DNA from: Lophium mytilinum
Taxonomy: Eukaryota
Direction of reading: 5' to 3'
DNA: 64,000 nucleotides
NCBI GenBank assembly: GCA_010093605.1
Contig: MU004193.1
Span: 1,309,520-1,373,519 of the forward strand
Shown: one piece after another, positions 47,114 through 60,476 of the stretch
Layout of the letters: each line of letters opens with the position of its first letter
How positions within the stretch are numbered: position 1 is the first letter of the stretch
Position numbers and translations under genes: made by a program
Notes under the pieces: generated by a model
The model's database searches: none
Told to the model about the DNA's origin: nothing
The model's input: the letters and a program-made list of their open reading frames with translations, nothing else

Positions 47114-49138
47114 ATGCCGAAGAAACACAACCCGGTCTTTGCCAAACCTCAAGGCTCTGTCCACCCTTCGCTGGAACAGCGACCGATCCTATCCAACCCA
47201 TCCGCCCCGAAGACAGTCAATGAACGGATAAACCAATTGCGTCGAGAGCAAGCGCCAAGGGCTACGGCAGAGAGGAGGAATGAGATAATAGACGTGGTAA
47301 CTCAGCGCACTGTCCCGCCGGCGTTGCGGCATATCTTGAACATACCAGAGATTGACCCTCCGAAACCAAAGCCAGGCAGACCTCAAGGACAAGTTCGAAC
47401 GCGACGTCCTCCCCCAGGCCCAGCGCCACCTGCGAGCTGGCTTAGCCAAAGCCAATACGCCCCGCCAGAAGCGCGGAAGCTTCCAACATACTCGAGATAC
47501 GGTATATCAAAATTTGGGAGACTTGCGACTACACATGATGGAGAACGGGTACGTTGGTAGCCTTGGACAAACGCACTCCTCCAGTCAATATGGATTCTGC
47601 AACTTTGGTCGCGTTCATTGCTATAAATTTGGTTGCATACAATTAACCGTGGATTCTTCCTTCATCACCAGCAATAGAACTCCCAAACAGCATCTCAAGT
47701 GCTGCAGCTTCTCAAAATCCACAGACACGGAAATATAGACCTACGTATGTCTAAGTTACTAATGTTTTCGCAGAAACTACCACAATCAAAGAGTCTCGTC
47801 GACCTATGCATGAAGACACTAGCATCCAACTGGCATTGGCTTGCAGAATTCGAGCAACATTATCTTTCCACCCTACCCATTCATCTGAAAGAGCATCTGC
47901 TTAGCTACTTGTCCCTTTACGGAGCAGAAGGGTCGCCGGACCTGAAGACTTTCAAGCTGCTCTTTCTCAATGAGACCGAAGTTGACGGAGGGACTGGTAG
48001 CAGTGAGGTCAAGCAACTGGATCTTACTGGCCTGTTGAGTGACGCACTCACATTGTCGGATATTAACAAATACATATCTCGCCAGCGCTCTGCGGTGGAG
48101 CCCTCACATGACTCAAGCACGACTTCTTCCGCTCCCGAGAATCTCGAAGACGATGTAGTAGAGTCCTGGGAAGACGAGATCGACTCGCCACATGCCACGT
48201 CACTTCAGCCTTTCCGTTTCCCAAACCTCACCCGCCTTTCTCTTGCGAACCCGGGCCATCAAGCCTCATGGACTGCGCTGCTTGCCACTTGTTCGAGCCT
48301 CAAACATCTGACCCACCTTTCACTAGCTTATTGGCCCACACCTTCAACAACCCCTAACGCTGCTACTACATCCATGGTGTCCAAACACGCGAAACCCGTT
48401 GCGCTCGGCGGAAGCCACATGTATTCTCAGCTCGATGGCGACTGGCACGAGGCAGCTAATATACTTCGCCGACTCAGCCTCGTAACATACCGCCTACGCT
48501 GGCTTGATCTGGAAGGCTGCGATTGGTACAAAGCGCTGATATGGGATTCGCCCAGTTACCAGAGTCAAATAAGGCGGGGCCAAGGGAACAATCGTCCCCA
48601 AGGGGTGCGTAGGTTTCCTGACTTCTTTGAGTCCCCCGAGAATCATCCAGACGAAGACGACTGGGATGCCAAGAATCATGGTAGTCCCGGCCCAGACTGG
48701 AACGGGGCGTGGGAGCGTGTTGAGACTCTTGTGCTCAGTCAAGGCTGGGTGCCGACCAATATCGGTGCTATCCAAGGCCTGCCGTCTAGCGCAATAGCCG
48801 TGTATCTCCTCACTTGGCTGAAGAAGAAGGAGGAGAAGCGCAAGAAAAAGGCTAGGGCGGGCCGGGAGCGAAGCTTGAGCAGTTCGATGGGGAAAATGAG
48901 TCTTTCCAATTCCTCGAGTGGTATGGATAGTAGCCTGAGTCCACTGAGAACGCCGAGTGGTATCACATGTGGGCATTGGGTGGAGAAGGAAAAAGACATA
49001 AGAAATATCGAGGACCAGATCAAGCTGTTGCGGAGAGCAGGCCGTAGCTTGAGGATCAAGTTTCTTCATGGCTGGGGCGAAGGGGACGACGATAGCGAGG
49101 ACGAGGGAGATGAGGAGGTCGGTAAGGGGGAGATGTAG
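47114..49138 (+). CDS. Conserved fungal protein with BC/SOCS-box-like motif and LRR-like repeats (2 exons, intron ~47549-47773)
   Basis: Starts MPKKH. Contains KSLVDLCMKTLA...LPIHLKEHLLSYL, then FPNLTRLSLA, LTHLSLAYWP and LRWLDLEGC. Confidence 0.7.
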
Positions 49139-49847
49139 TGATTCTAGCGGTGAGTTGCAGTATTTTGGTTGGTCTGCAGCTGTGTCCGCAGGCACTTCTT
49201 GAACCAAGCTACTAGCCTGAGATCCCTTTGCTGGCCTTATATGAAAAAAAAGTTTAGCTATGTCCTACGGATGCCACCCGGAAGTGATGTTGTCTGGTTT
49301 TGGCGCGTAGGATCAAGAGGGAGCCCCCCGCAGCACCAAAGGGGCCAATCGGCTCTTATTGAGAACACATCCGGTTGCTGTCTCAGCCTTGCAGTTGCCA
49401 AGCATCTCAGGAGCACTTGGGCGTTAAGGCCGCATGAAGGGTAGAGCTCTTGCAGTCTTGCATGGAAGGCTACGCTCCAACGAGCCATTGACATGTCGAA
49501 GTCGTGTCGCCTACTCGCTTTGTCGCTTGCGAGGCAGAATCGCTCTGCCACACACACCCTGACGCCCTCCGCTGCTGCCTGCATCCGGCTTGAACCCCGA
49601 AAGCTGAACCAATTCTATGAGTTTGACAGGCCAGGATAATTTCAAAGTTCGGTCGCACCAAACAGCTTCCATAATCCGATCACGCTCCTACACGCCACAA
49701 CTACGAGCAAGAAAGATCCTCCAGATTTAACCTCGCCGCTCGCCTGCAAAATCTCTCGCCGGCGGACATTCATCATACGAGCGACGGTCTCTGCCATCGA
49801 CTAAGCTTGCTACATCAACACACAGACGAAACACCACGCCCGACCCT

Positions 49848-52199
49848 ATGAGGAAGCGGGCTGCATCCGAGCTGCCTACCTATGAGGCCACGGCTCGTGT
49901 CAACGGAGAGCTCTCCAAAATGCTGGACCCCTTGGAAGAGCATTCTAAGCATGCTGAATCATCAGAAAGTGCCTTAGAAGCTTCTGAAACTTCTTCTGCA
50001 TCATCACCATCATCGTCATCGTCATCTGATTATCCGGAAAACTCAAAAAATGGCCCTAGACGGTCCAATACGCGTTATTGCAACGGGTGTGATTATATGA
50101 TACCCGAAGTGTACATTTCGGGTAAAGAAAGGGATATTGATCAGATCGGTACTGAAAACTTCGGGCACCTTCTTTAGTGGGGGAAGGATACGAGTCTGCA
50201 ACGCCTCAAGGACGGTGCCAGCTCTGGATGTCAAGGCTGTGAGCTATTCTCTGACGCCATCACTACGTACAAAGATGGGGGCTTGCCGCTGGCCGAGCTG
50301 ATTCAGCTGAACACCAGAGTCGAGCTTTGGAGAAAAGCAGGGGGGTATTCAATTGAAGTGATTAAGCTGCCGCTCCTTCCTTTTACTGGTCTGCGGTCGT
50401 TCGACCTGGAAACTTTCCGCGACAAATGTATGCGCACAGTGACGCTCAACGCATTCTCAACATGCGGTACCCCCCGAGGCTTTCCCATTGCTGATCAACA
50501 CATAGACTTACACGGTGCCAAAACGTGTAACGGCTCACAATACTACGATATCAAAAGTCCCTTGCCTGCAGAAGACACGTCGTCTAAACAGACTTTTCGG
50601 GCTCTTAAGGACTGGATCAGCGATTGCATACACTACCATGCATTCTGCAAACCAAGTAAAACACAGGACCTGCCAAAGCGAGTTCTTGAACTAACCAACA
50701 CCCACATTTATCTTCGCGAGCACTTGGGGATATCTCATGTTTGCGCTTGTCTTAGTCATTGCTGGTGCGCGAAAGGCCCGGCGCTCAAACTTACCAGGGC
50801 AACCACTGAAATGTTCAAATGCGGCGTGCCTGTTCGTGAGCTGCCGAAAACGTTCTCAGATGCGGTTCAAGTTTGTAGGAGACTCAACATTCACTACCTC
50901 TGGATTGACGCACTATGTGAGAGTGGCTACTGTTAGCAGTGTTGCTCTACCGCTAATCCAAGCACAAACAGGCATCCTACAAGAAGACGATCAGGATGAC
51001 TGGAAGGAAGCTGCCACAACCGTGGCTTCTATCTACGAGAATGCCTTTGTCACGATTGCTGCTTCGGGGTCAAAAAGTAGTGAATCGGGTTGCTTTTCGT
51101 GGGTCGAGCCTCAATACAAAGCCAGAAGAATGCAACATACCGGGCTGTACGTTAGGCAACGGCCCGGGAAGTTTCCACGTCCGCGAATCCCTTCGGAACT
51201 TCATGATACGGCCTCGGATTGGCCGCTATTAGGTCGGGTTGGGTGTTTCAAGAGAGACGGCTATCATCTCGAATAATCCATTTTGGCAAGAACCAGGTGT
51301 ACTGGGAGTGCAGATCCAAGTTCCTATCGGAAGACGGCTCACAAAATGGAGATAAGCCATTGACAGATGGGTCGGAGAAAGACTATTTCCTTGGTATCCT
51401 TTCTCTGAGCTACCCAACTACAGATCCTGTGACGATTTGGCAAGCAACCGTAAAGGATTATCCGATGCTGCAACTGACTTACGAGAGCGACCGCTTACCG
51501 GCTATCGCGTCCATAGTCGAGCGCATGATGCGAATTCGGAAGGGCGATTCTTACTTTGCGGGAATGTGGAAAACTAGTCTACTTGGAGATCTTGCTTGGG
51601 TCTCTCACGATGGCGGCGTTCGCCCAAGACCTTCGACATATGCCCCGTTTTGGTCATGGGCAGCATCTTCAGGGGGTATTGACTGGGAGCCGCTTTGTGA
51701 ATCAAAATCACCTACAACACAAGTAGTTGACATCAACTATACTGCTGTTGGACCCCCTCACCTCGGAGAAGTACGAAACGCCAGCATCACGCTCAGAGGT
51801 TCCACTTTCACAGCCACATATTCGAGGCTGAAATATGGTCGACCTCAAAAATTCATGATTAAGAACATTTACCCCGCGTGTGAAGTCATCAAAGTGCGGA
51901 CAGGTTTTTACGGCCCCGAGAAGGACTACGACTACTCTACAAGTGAACGGCCGGTCAAATCAGGGGATCCTGTTACAGTCTTATTCCTTGGTTTCATTAC
52001 ACCCTACACATTAGTAGGGATTGTTCTTCGAAGTTCTTCAGAGACAGAGTTTGAGAGGCTTGGGCTCCTACAACTTGACCATGTAAAAACTGAATCGCTG
52101 ATGAAGGGACCAGCAGATGGGCCCAAAGCCAAAGCTTATGAGAAGATAGTAAATGATCATATTGCGTCACTACCTATCCAGGAGCTCAGAATTATCTAG
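49848..52199 (+). pseudogene. HET-domain gene with in-frame TAG (50175-50177) and a frameshift (~51237)
   Basis: Motifs LPKRVLEL, CLSHCW, PKTFSDAV, YLWIDALC|ILQ, IYENAFVTIAAS, WPLLGR/GWVFQER (split across frames), DRLPAI and APFWSWA. Confidence 0.8.
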
Positions 52200-52714
52200 A
52201 TTGTTTGCCGTAGCAATGGGCACCGAGTGAGATGGCTCTCACGGCCGGGCAGGGAGCAATCTGGAGCAGCATCACCGCACTTGCTATCATCTCCCATTTG
52301 TTCAAGTACGGTGTAATATTATGCTACTTTGATTCGCCCTCTCTCCCTACGCACGGTAATGATACAAATCGCCGTGAGTTCAGACTTCTTCCACGCTGCT
52401 CTTGCTCCATCTTTGAGACACCTCCGATGACACCAGCTGAAAGTCTTCAACAGGAACGAATCACACGTCGGTGTAACTCAAGTATAGTATAATCTATAGA
52501 ATCTGTTGAATAGTTCTTTCCCCATACGTACAACCTCGATATTCGGTAGAATAATTACAGCGCTTACGCAGCTGCACCATGAATGCTGCGCCACCACCAG
52601 CCTGACCAAACCCTGTCACGTCCCCCAGCCTCCCGCAGACCTCCAGGCTTCCTCTACCGTTTTCTCAAGGTTCCTCGACAGTCCGATTCCTATATCCCAC
52701 AATCTTCTTCAGCC

Positions 52715-54316
52715 ATGTGGCTGCTCAACACCGACTCTCTCACCCTTGAATTTTTCGTGCCTAGCCGTGTCCCCGATTATGTCATCCTCTCGCACCGTTG
52801 GTGCGCGCAGGGCGCCGAAGAGTGTACCTTCGACGACATGACCTGGGCTACTGTTTTGAGCGAAACCAGTCCAGTACGAAAGAAAGAAGGCTTTTCTAAA
52901 GTGCAGGGCGCTTGCAGATTGGCTGCGCGAGACGGCTACGCTTGGATTTGGATCGACAGCTGTTGTATTGACAAGTCCAGTTCTGCAGAGCTGCAAGAAT
53001 CCATCAATTCTATGTGGAATTACTACGCGCAATCGAACATTTGCTATGTGTACATGGCAGATGTCCCCAATTCAGAAGTTGGTTGGGGCGAGAGCTTCCA
53101 CAGGAGCGAGTGGTTCACCCGGGGCTGGACATTACAAGAGTTGCTGGCGCCGACTTGCGTTGAGTTTTATACGGAAGACTGGGCACCTATCGGTACAAAG
53201 TTCGAAAGGCACAAGGAGATTGCGGAAATAACGAGGATTGACCCGGATATCCTCGTTCGGACCCAGGATATTGATCTATTCAGTGCTGCGCAGAGACTTT
53301 CATGGGCAGCGCATCGGAAAGTCACTAGAGAAGAAGACGAAGCATATTCACTTCTAGGCCTGTTCGATGTCAATATGCCGCTTCTTTACGGAGAAGGCCG
53401 GGAAAAAGCTTTCATCAGGCTCCAGGAAGCAATCTACAACTCCACGGCCGACCACACTCTATTCTTGTTTCGCTACAGCGCGCATCAGGACGACCAGCCT
53501 TTATTAGCGGACTCGCCGACACGCTTCTGCGAGAGGCAAGACTGTACTTCCTGCGTAGCGGACGTAGTCCAGTGTCTACCTTCGAATGAACGGTATACCG
53601 ACTTCATTGCGTCTACAAGGTGGTACCACCAAGCCCATGAGCAGATAATGACAACTGTCACGTCCTTGCGAAATGAGATTTCAACAACGCTACTACTACT
53701 GGATTACCATGTCGTTGCCGACAAACTTAAGTTTTTCGATGAGCATGATCGGCAGTCACTTGTCAGAGTAACTCATGTAGTTGTTCTCAACCATGCCCTA
53801 GAAAAATACGAGAATGGTGCCTTATGCTTACTACTCCGCCGAGGGCCATCCTTAGAAGCCTTTCGACGCATCAAAGCCTTCCCGGCTTATCTACCCCACC
53901 TCGGGGATTTTGCATCGGTGATGCAGAAAACCAAAATTCTTATTTGTCCTGGCCCAGGCACTCTGGGACAAAACAACTGCGCCAATACTATATTTTCAGT
54001 GGCAGATTCATTCCTCGTTCAGACGTGGAGTGCCAAAGGCGGTATAACCCACTCGATATTGCCCGTGCCAGGACAGCAAAACACAGACTTCGAGGTCCAA
54101 ACGGACGTTCGAACGAGGAACTATAAGAATCCAAATCTTGCGGCGGCAGTTTCGTGCTTGATTGTTGACCCTTCCGATTCAAGCTCGGTGTTTTCCGTGC
54201 GACTGATATGCACTGACAAAACGTGGTCGATTAGAGAAGTCTCTGAGACGAAGGAGGGAAAACGGCCACGGAAAAAGCGCGTCGTACTTCCTTCGACTGG
54301 TTTTGCTGATCGTTAA
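52715..54316 (+). CDS. HET-domain protein of the HET-E N-terminal type, possibly C-terminally truncated
   Basis: Motifs MWLLNTDSLTLEFF, YVILSHRW, WIWIDSCCIDKSSSAELQESINSMWNYY, SEWFTRGWTLQELLAP and REEDEAYSLLGLFDVNMPLLYGEG. Confidence 0.92.
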   Translation: MWLLNTDSLTLEFFVPSRVPDYVILSHRWCAQGAEECTFDDMTWATVLSETSPVRKKEGFSKVQGACRLAARDGYAWIWIDSCCIDKSSSAELQESINSMWNYYAQSNICYVYMADVPNSEVGWGESFHRSEWFTRGWTLQELLAPTCVEFYTEDWAPIGTKFERHKEIAEITRIDPDILVRTQDIDLFSAAQRLSWAAHRKVTREEDEAYSLLGLFDVNMPLLYGEGREKAFIRLQEAIYNSTADHTLFLFRYSAHQDDQPLLADSPTRFCERQDCTSCVADVVQCLPSNERYTDFIASTRWYHQAHEQIMTTVTSLRNEISTTLLLLDYHVVADKLKFFDEHDRQSLVRVTHVVVLNHALEKYENGALCLLLRRGPSLEAFRRIKAFPAYLPHLGDFASVMQKTKILICPGPGTLGQNNCANTIFSVADSFLVQTWSAKGGITHSILPVPGQQNTDFEVQTDVRTRNYKNPNLAAAVSCLIVDPSDSSSVFSVRLICTDKTWSIREVSETKEGKRPRKKRVVLPSTGFADR

Positions 54317-54759
54317 TCTCTTCAGCTGTTGAGTGGGAAAAGGATATTGGTTGGTCTGAGACGCCTGCCAGCGGCTTGTCGTGGTCGGAGTGGTGACGCT
54401 ATCTCCCGATACAGATATCAGATTACCGTCACACGGTTGTAGAGTGCTAAGAGTGATACCATTTGAAAGTCTTCAAGTTTTCACAAAATTTGGGTAATAT
54501 TTCAGGATTTCTAAGCTGTAGAACTAAATTAGGCTAACGTTCAATCTCTAGTTCTTTAAAACACTGCCCTACAGCATTTAGAGGCGCCGTGATACTATTT
54601 CTCACCACGAGGACCAATTTTCCCTTTGTAACATTTTTCAGATGCAAAGATCCAATGAAATATGCGTAAAGCATTACGCACATGTGACTGAGCACAGACC
54701 TCATGTTGTTGCGCCGCCTGCTTGGGGCAATACCGCAGCGCTTTCATCATGACGCATAA

Positions 54760-56252
<1,493 letters not shown>

Positions 56253-56997
56253 GCTGGCAATATGAAAAGTCTCGCGAGTCAAGGGAGATCATACGATTCA
56301 TGTTGCCCAGCTGCTGCTGTGTCGTGCATATCGAGTACGTTGTTGCTCTTGTGGCTGGCACCTGCACCGCCGTCTCGACTCTGACTACTACTTACAAGCT
56401 AAGTCTTTACAATACACCGCTCGATCGCCGAAGGATACTTCGCGAAGTTTGGTGCCATCTGCTACGTTTGCTACTCGCAAACAATGCGGCACGTTCACCA
56501 AAGACCTAAATTCAAGATATGACCATGAATTTCGAGCTTTAAAAGCACTAACCAGCAAGTGACTGACTGGCTCGCTTAGTTATGGCCACGAGAAACATTT
56601 ACTACTATGGACGGCTTCCCTTTAATCAACCAACGAAACGAACACGGTATCTCACCTTTCCCTATGTTCGACTTCTCCAAGAAATTGTACTACGCTCACG
56701 TTAGTATAAGCAGTAAGCTTGGAATATCTCGAGCAGTCTTTCTACAGGGGCCTAATACTATGCCGTGCTTATGGGCTTATGGAGCGAGCTAACGATCCTA
56801 GGGAAGATCTTCCGGTGTACTAGTACCTGAACTCTATTTAATCTCGAAACCCCGCACTTCTCTTTCCGAATCCCTGACGGAATTTCTTAGATACCCTCAA
56901 CATCGTTGCCTTTCCTTTCTTCTAGATCTCGCCTCCGTTCATTCATACCTCTTTCCGTCAGCACGACTCCTCCTTCATTAGCGTCCTCTCCCTCAAA

Positions 56998-57936
56998 ATG
57001 ACCACAACTCAGGCCAAATCCCACCCACTCCCCACCTATCTTCTCATCAAAGTCCTCGCTACCATTCTTCGCACAATCTACGCCCTTTTCCTCGCCTCTC
57101 CCAGCCCAAAACCAACCTCCACGCTCTTTATTCCATCCCGGAACTCTAAACGCACTATCAAAGTCCACGTCTACGCCCCTCCTTCCCCCAAACCCACCAA
57201 AGCTCCCCACCCCGTCCTCCTCAACTTCCACGGCTCCGGCTTCGTCGTTGACATGCACGGCTCCGATGCCCCATTCTGCCGTCAAATCGCCTCTGCAACC
57301 GGCCTCACCGTCCTCGACTGCGACTACCGCAAAGCGCCCGAGCACCCCTTCCCCGCCGCCCTCGAAGACGTCGAGGACGCGATGCGGTACGTGCTCAGTC
57401 GACCAGAAGAGTACGACGCTACTCAAACCCACCTCTCCGGCTTCAGCGCTGGTGCGAATCTCGCGTTAGCGGTGTGTGGCGTACCTCTCAGAGATTTAGG
57501 GACGGGTTTCATTAGGGAGAGAGTGCGGAAAGTAGTCGCGTTCTACCCGCCTTTAGATCTGGCTACGAGTCCTGCCACAAAACGGGCGCCGGATGGGAGT
57601 GCGGGCACGCTGCCGGTGCCGGTGGCTAAGCTCTTTAATACGTGCTATATTACCCCGGGGCAAGAAGCGACGGATCCGAGGATTTCGTGTAAGAATATGG
57701 CGCCGGAGGCGTTTGCTAAGGAGGCGTTCATCGTGACGTGTGGGAAGGACGATCTGGCGTTTGAGGCGGAGGAGTTGGCGAGTAGAATGGCGGAGAGGGA
57801 GGGGTGTAGGGTGGAGTGGAAGAGGGTGGAGGGGGTGGATCATGCGTGGGATAAGAGTTGCAAGAAGGGGAGTGAGGAGGATGAAAAGAGGGCGGAGGCG
57901 TATGAGTGGGCTGTGGAGTTTTTGAAGGGCGTGTAG
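56998..57936 (+). CDS. Alpha/beta hydrolase-3 (HSL-type esterase/lipase)
   Basis: Motifs NFHGSGF, DYRKAPEHPFPAALED, SGFSAGANLA, D(DL) and HAWD. Confidence 0.92.
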   Translation: MTTTQAKSHPLPTYLLIKVLATILRTIYALFLASPSPKPTSTLFIPSRNSKRTIKVHVYAPPSPKPTKAPHPVLLNFHGSGFVVDMHGSDAPFCRQIASATGLTVLDCDYRKAPEHPFPAALEDVEDAMRYVLSRPEEYDATQTHLSGFSAGANLALAVCGVPLRDLGTGFIRERVRKVVAFYPPLDLATSPATKRAPDGSAGTLPVPVAKLFNTCYITPGQEATDPRISCKNMAPEAFAKEAFIVTCGKDDLAFEAEELASRMAEREGCRVEWKRVEGVDHAWDKSCKKGSEEDEKRAEAYEWAVEFLKGV

Positions 57937-58248
57937 GAGTTTAGTAAATCAAGCTACCAAGCAAGCGCAGGATAGGGGCGATGGGTCAAAAACAATATGT
58001 CAGAGTACCAAAGTCTTAGAAGATCCAGTCCAGTGACGGTAAAGCTCAATTCAGGATAGCCTGGATTCTGCGGTCACGAACCCTAGTTCCATCTACTGCG
58101 TGTATGATGGTGAAGCGGTCGAACTCCTGTTAGCAAATTGAAAACATCAGGAAAGTATGTAAAATACATTATAATAGGTAGCGAAGACCAACCGAGATAG
58201 TGGATTTGTATTTAGGAGCTTGAAAATCCATATTACTATAGAGCGTGG

Positions 58249-59655
58249 CTAAACAGTTGCAATTGTTGTGTCCACAGCGTGTTGGAAATTGTCGCAGTGC
58301 TCTTTCTTATTCATGTACATTATACCAAGGCGACTAAACTTGTCAGCTTGCTTTAAGTCACGGCCCAATACCAAAGCATAGTGCAGCTCTTCCTCCCATT
58401 GAAGATACTGGCTCTCTTCATCTGCCTCGCTTTCTTCACATTCATCGTCCTCTTCATGTTTCTCATTATTATCATTCTCCTCGTTCTCTTCACAATCCTC
58501 ATCGCTCTTCATTTCCTTTACCCTATCTTCATCGTCTTTGGTCTGCGCAGCCGGCACGAATCCCATATACAAGCACCAGACACGTCTTACATCCCCTGAT
58601 CTGGGGTAAGAAGTACCCTCAGGCCACTCCCTGGCGGATGGTAACCATTCCCCAGCAGGGATCGTATCTAAATAGAGGCGCATGACGGAGTCTTCCAGAG
58701 AATGATCCTGTGGTTCAGATCAAATAGCGTTTGACTTGCTCAACAAACAATCTACATAAGACAGGGCAGTAGGTTGTAAGAGGTCACCTCGACTGTTTGC
58801 AACAGCGAGGGTAGATTGTGCAGGTATCCGGGAGCTGGGAATTAGACCCACGCTTTTGCCACCGATCCCCTCAAGATGATGTATCCTGCTTTGACTCCGC
58901 CGGTAGGATCTGATGTCGAGAGTGTACAGTTCGAGTCAATTAATTTGCGCCTCAAAATGGAATGATCGTTGGATAGCGTATAAGATGGGTGCATCAACCG
59001 AAGCCCAGCTCCAAGAAGGTGCACGAAACGATGGTGCTAGCGGATTCCACATTTCATGTTCGAGAGGAGCATCCACTGCTCGTTGCCACATGAGACCACT
59101 TTCAAAGTCATTTTTCCATAAGCCAGCCAGATACTCATCATCAAATTTCGATTGGAATTTCTTCGCGACTGCGGAGATTGCTGGTAGTTTGTCGGAGGAT
59201 TTGGTAAGTTGCCTTGCCGAGCATGTCCCCACGATATAGTTATACCATTTTTGATATATTGAAGGCAAGTCTTCCCCTTCGAGTAAGGCTTGGAGGTTGT
59301 ACAAATGGCCTGTTTCAGCAACATAGTCTCCAGCCCCACATTCACAGCGCCATTTCGTTTCACATTCCCAGTGAAGTTCGCGGTTGTTGAAGGAAAGGAG
59401 CCGACGTGCAAGCAATCGTTCCTGAAATGCCTATCCACGCAATGAGAGCGGCTCGTCCTCGAAGAAATGCCCATAGTGTTGAATACAGGGAGAGAGATAA
59501 ACAGGAGGCGTGTTCTTGCCGTTGGCGGTGGTGAAAGACGTGTAAAGAGAAATATCACCCGAAACGAGAGAATCATTACGCAGGCCCAGAAACCCATGCT
59601 CATCGCTAAGGGAGGAAGTAGCCTCAAACTTAAATCCTACTCGCCGACAAATCAA
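58249..59655 (-). pseudogene. 5'-truncated, multiply disrupted HET-domain gene relic
   Basis: Reads PLSLRG*AFQERLLARR, with TAG at the conserved Trp. DKLPAISAVA, YLAGLW and RAPSWSWAS follow. There is a frameshift at ~58945 and further stops at ~58842 and ~58720; the first half of the HET domain is absent. Confidence 0.85.
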
Positions 59656-60476
59656 GCCCGAGCTAGGTCACCAATTCGCGGTGGTGTATGATTCTTGCTT
59701 GTGGGTGAACGACGTTATAAATAGTTCGGGATTGTAAAACAGCGCATCTTTCAACGGCTTGTTGAATACTATACTCTAATATTCTTAGGCAAGTAACTTA
59801 TGTTCTCCAATGCGGGCAGCTGGAGTGCAAATTACAGCAGAGATTGTAGGAGGAAGCCAGCATTGGGCTAGCAACTACAGAGTCTAGTACATTAGCCAGC
59901 CTTTGCAAGAACGCTGCTAAACCTCTCTATACAAGATATTCTTTGATTCACCCACTCACGTGACACTCTGGCCCCAAATCCACGGCGCAACATCATCCCG
60001 CCTCGCTAAACCTCCCTACTTTGGCTATTCCTAAACAAGTCGACGCTGCTAGCGAGCTGCAAATACGAGGTAATGAGCTAGGAAATTTAGCCCGACTTTT
60101 AAGCGCTAAGCCTCCATAGACGAGTTAAAGACGTCACTGGGCGAATTATATGCCGCCCTACTTTTTGACTCCAGCCGAATTCCTAAAGGGATATATATAT
60201 AGATTGTATATTGCAATCCGTTCAAGTAGAATACAGTTGTGCGCCTCTCTCCAAGTTTTGGCACTGTCAGTTGATTCTCAGCAGACATCATCACCGCACC
60301 ATTTTCCGACTTTCTTGCGACTTTCAAATTGGGTGTCACCTGATACTGACAACAACTTTGAGGGATCGTCAAGACACCAAAACATCAACACTCAAGCGAG
60401 ATCCACGACAACTTCAATCAACCATTCAAAGATCCACCTATCAACCCTAAAAATCAACCCATCCAAACTCCGCACC

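Noticed and set aside
52583..52714. Upstream ATG extension of the HET-E-type ORF
   Set aside because: This family typically begins MxLLN; the ATG at 52715 has a good GCCATG context.
60150..60476. 109-codon N-terminal extension of the MDR ORF
   Set aside because: It spans a TATA-like TATATATA and a C/A-rich leader; family similarity starts at the ATG at 60477.
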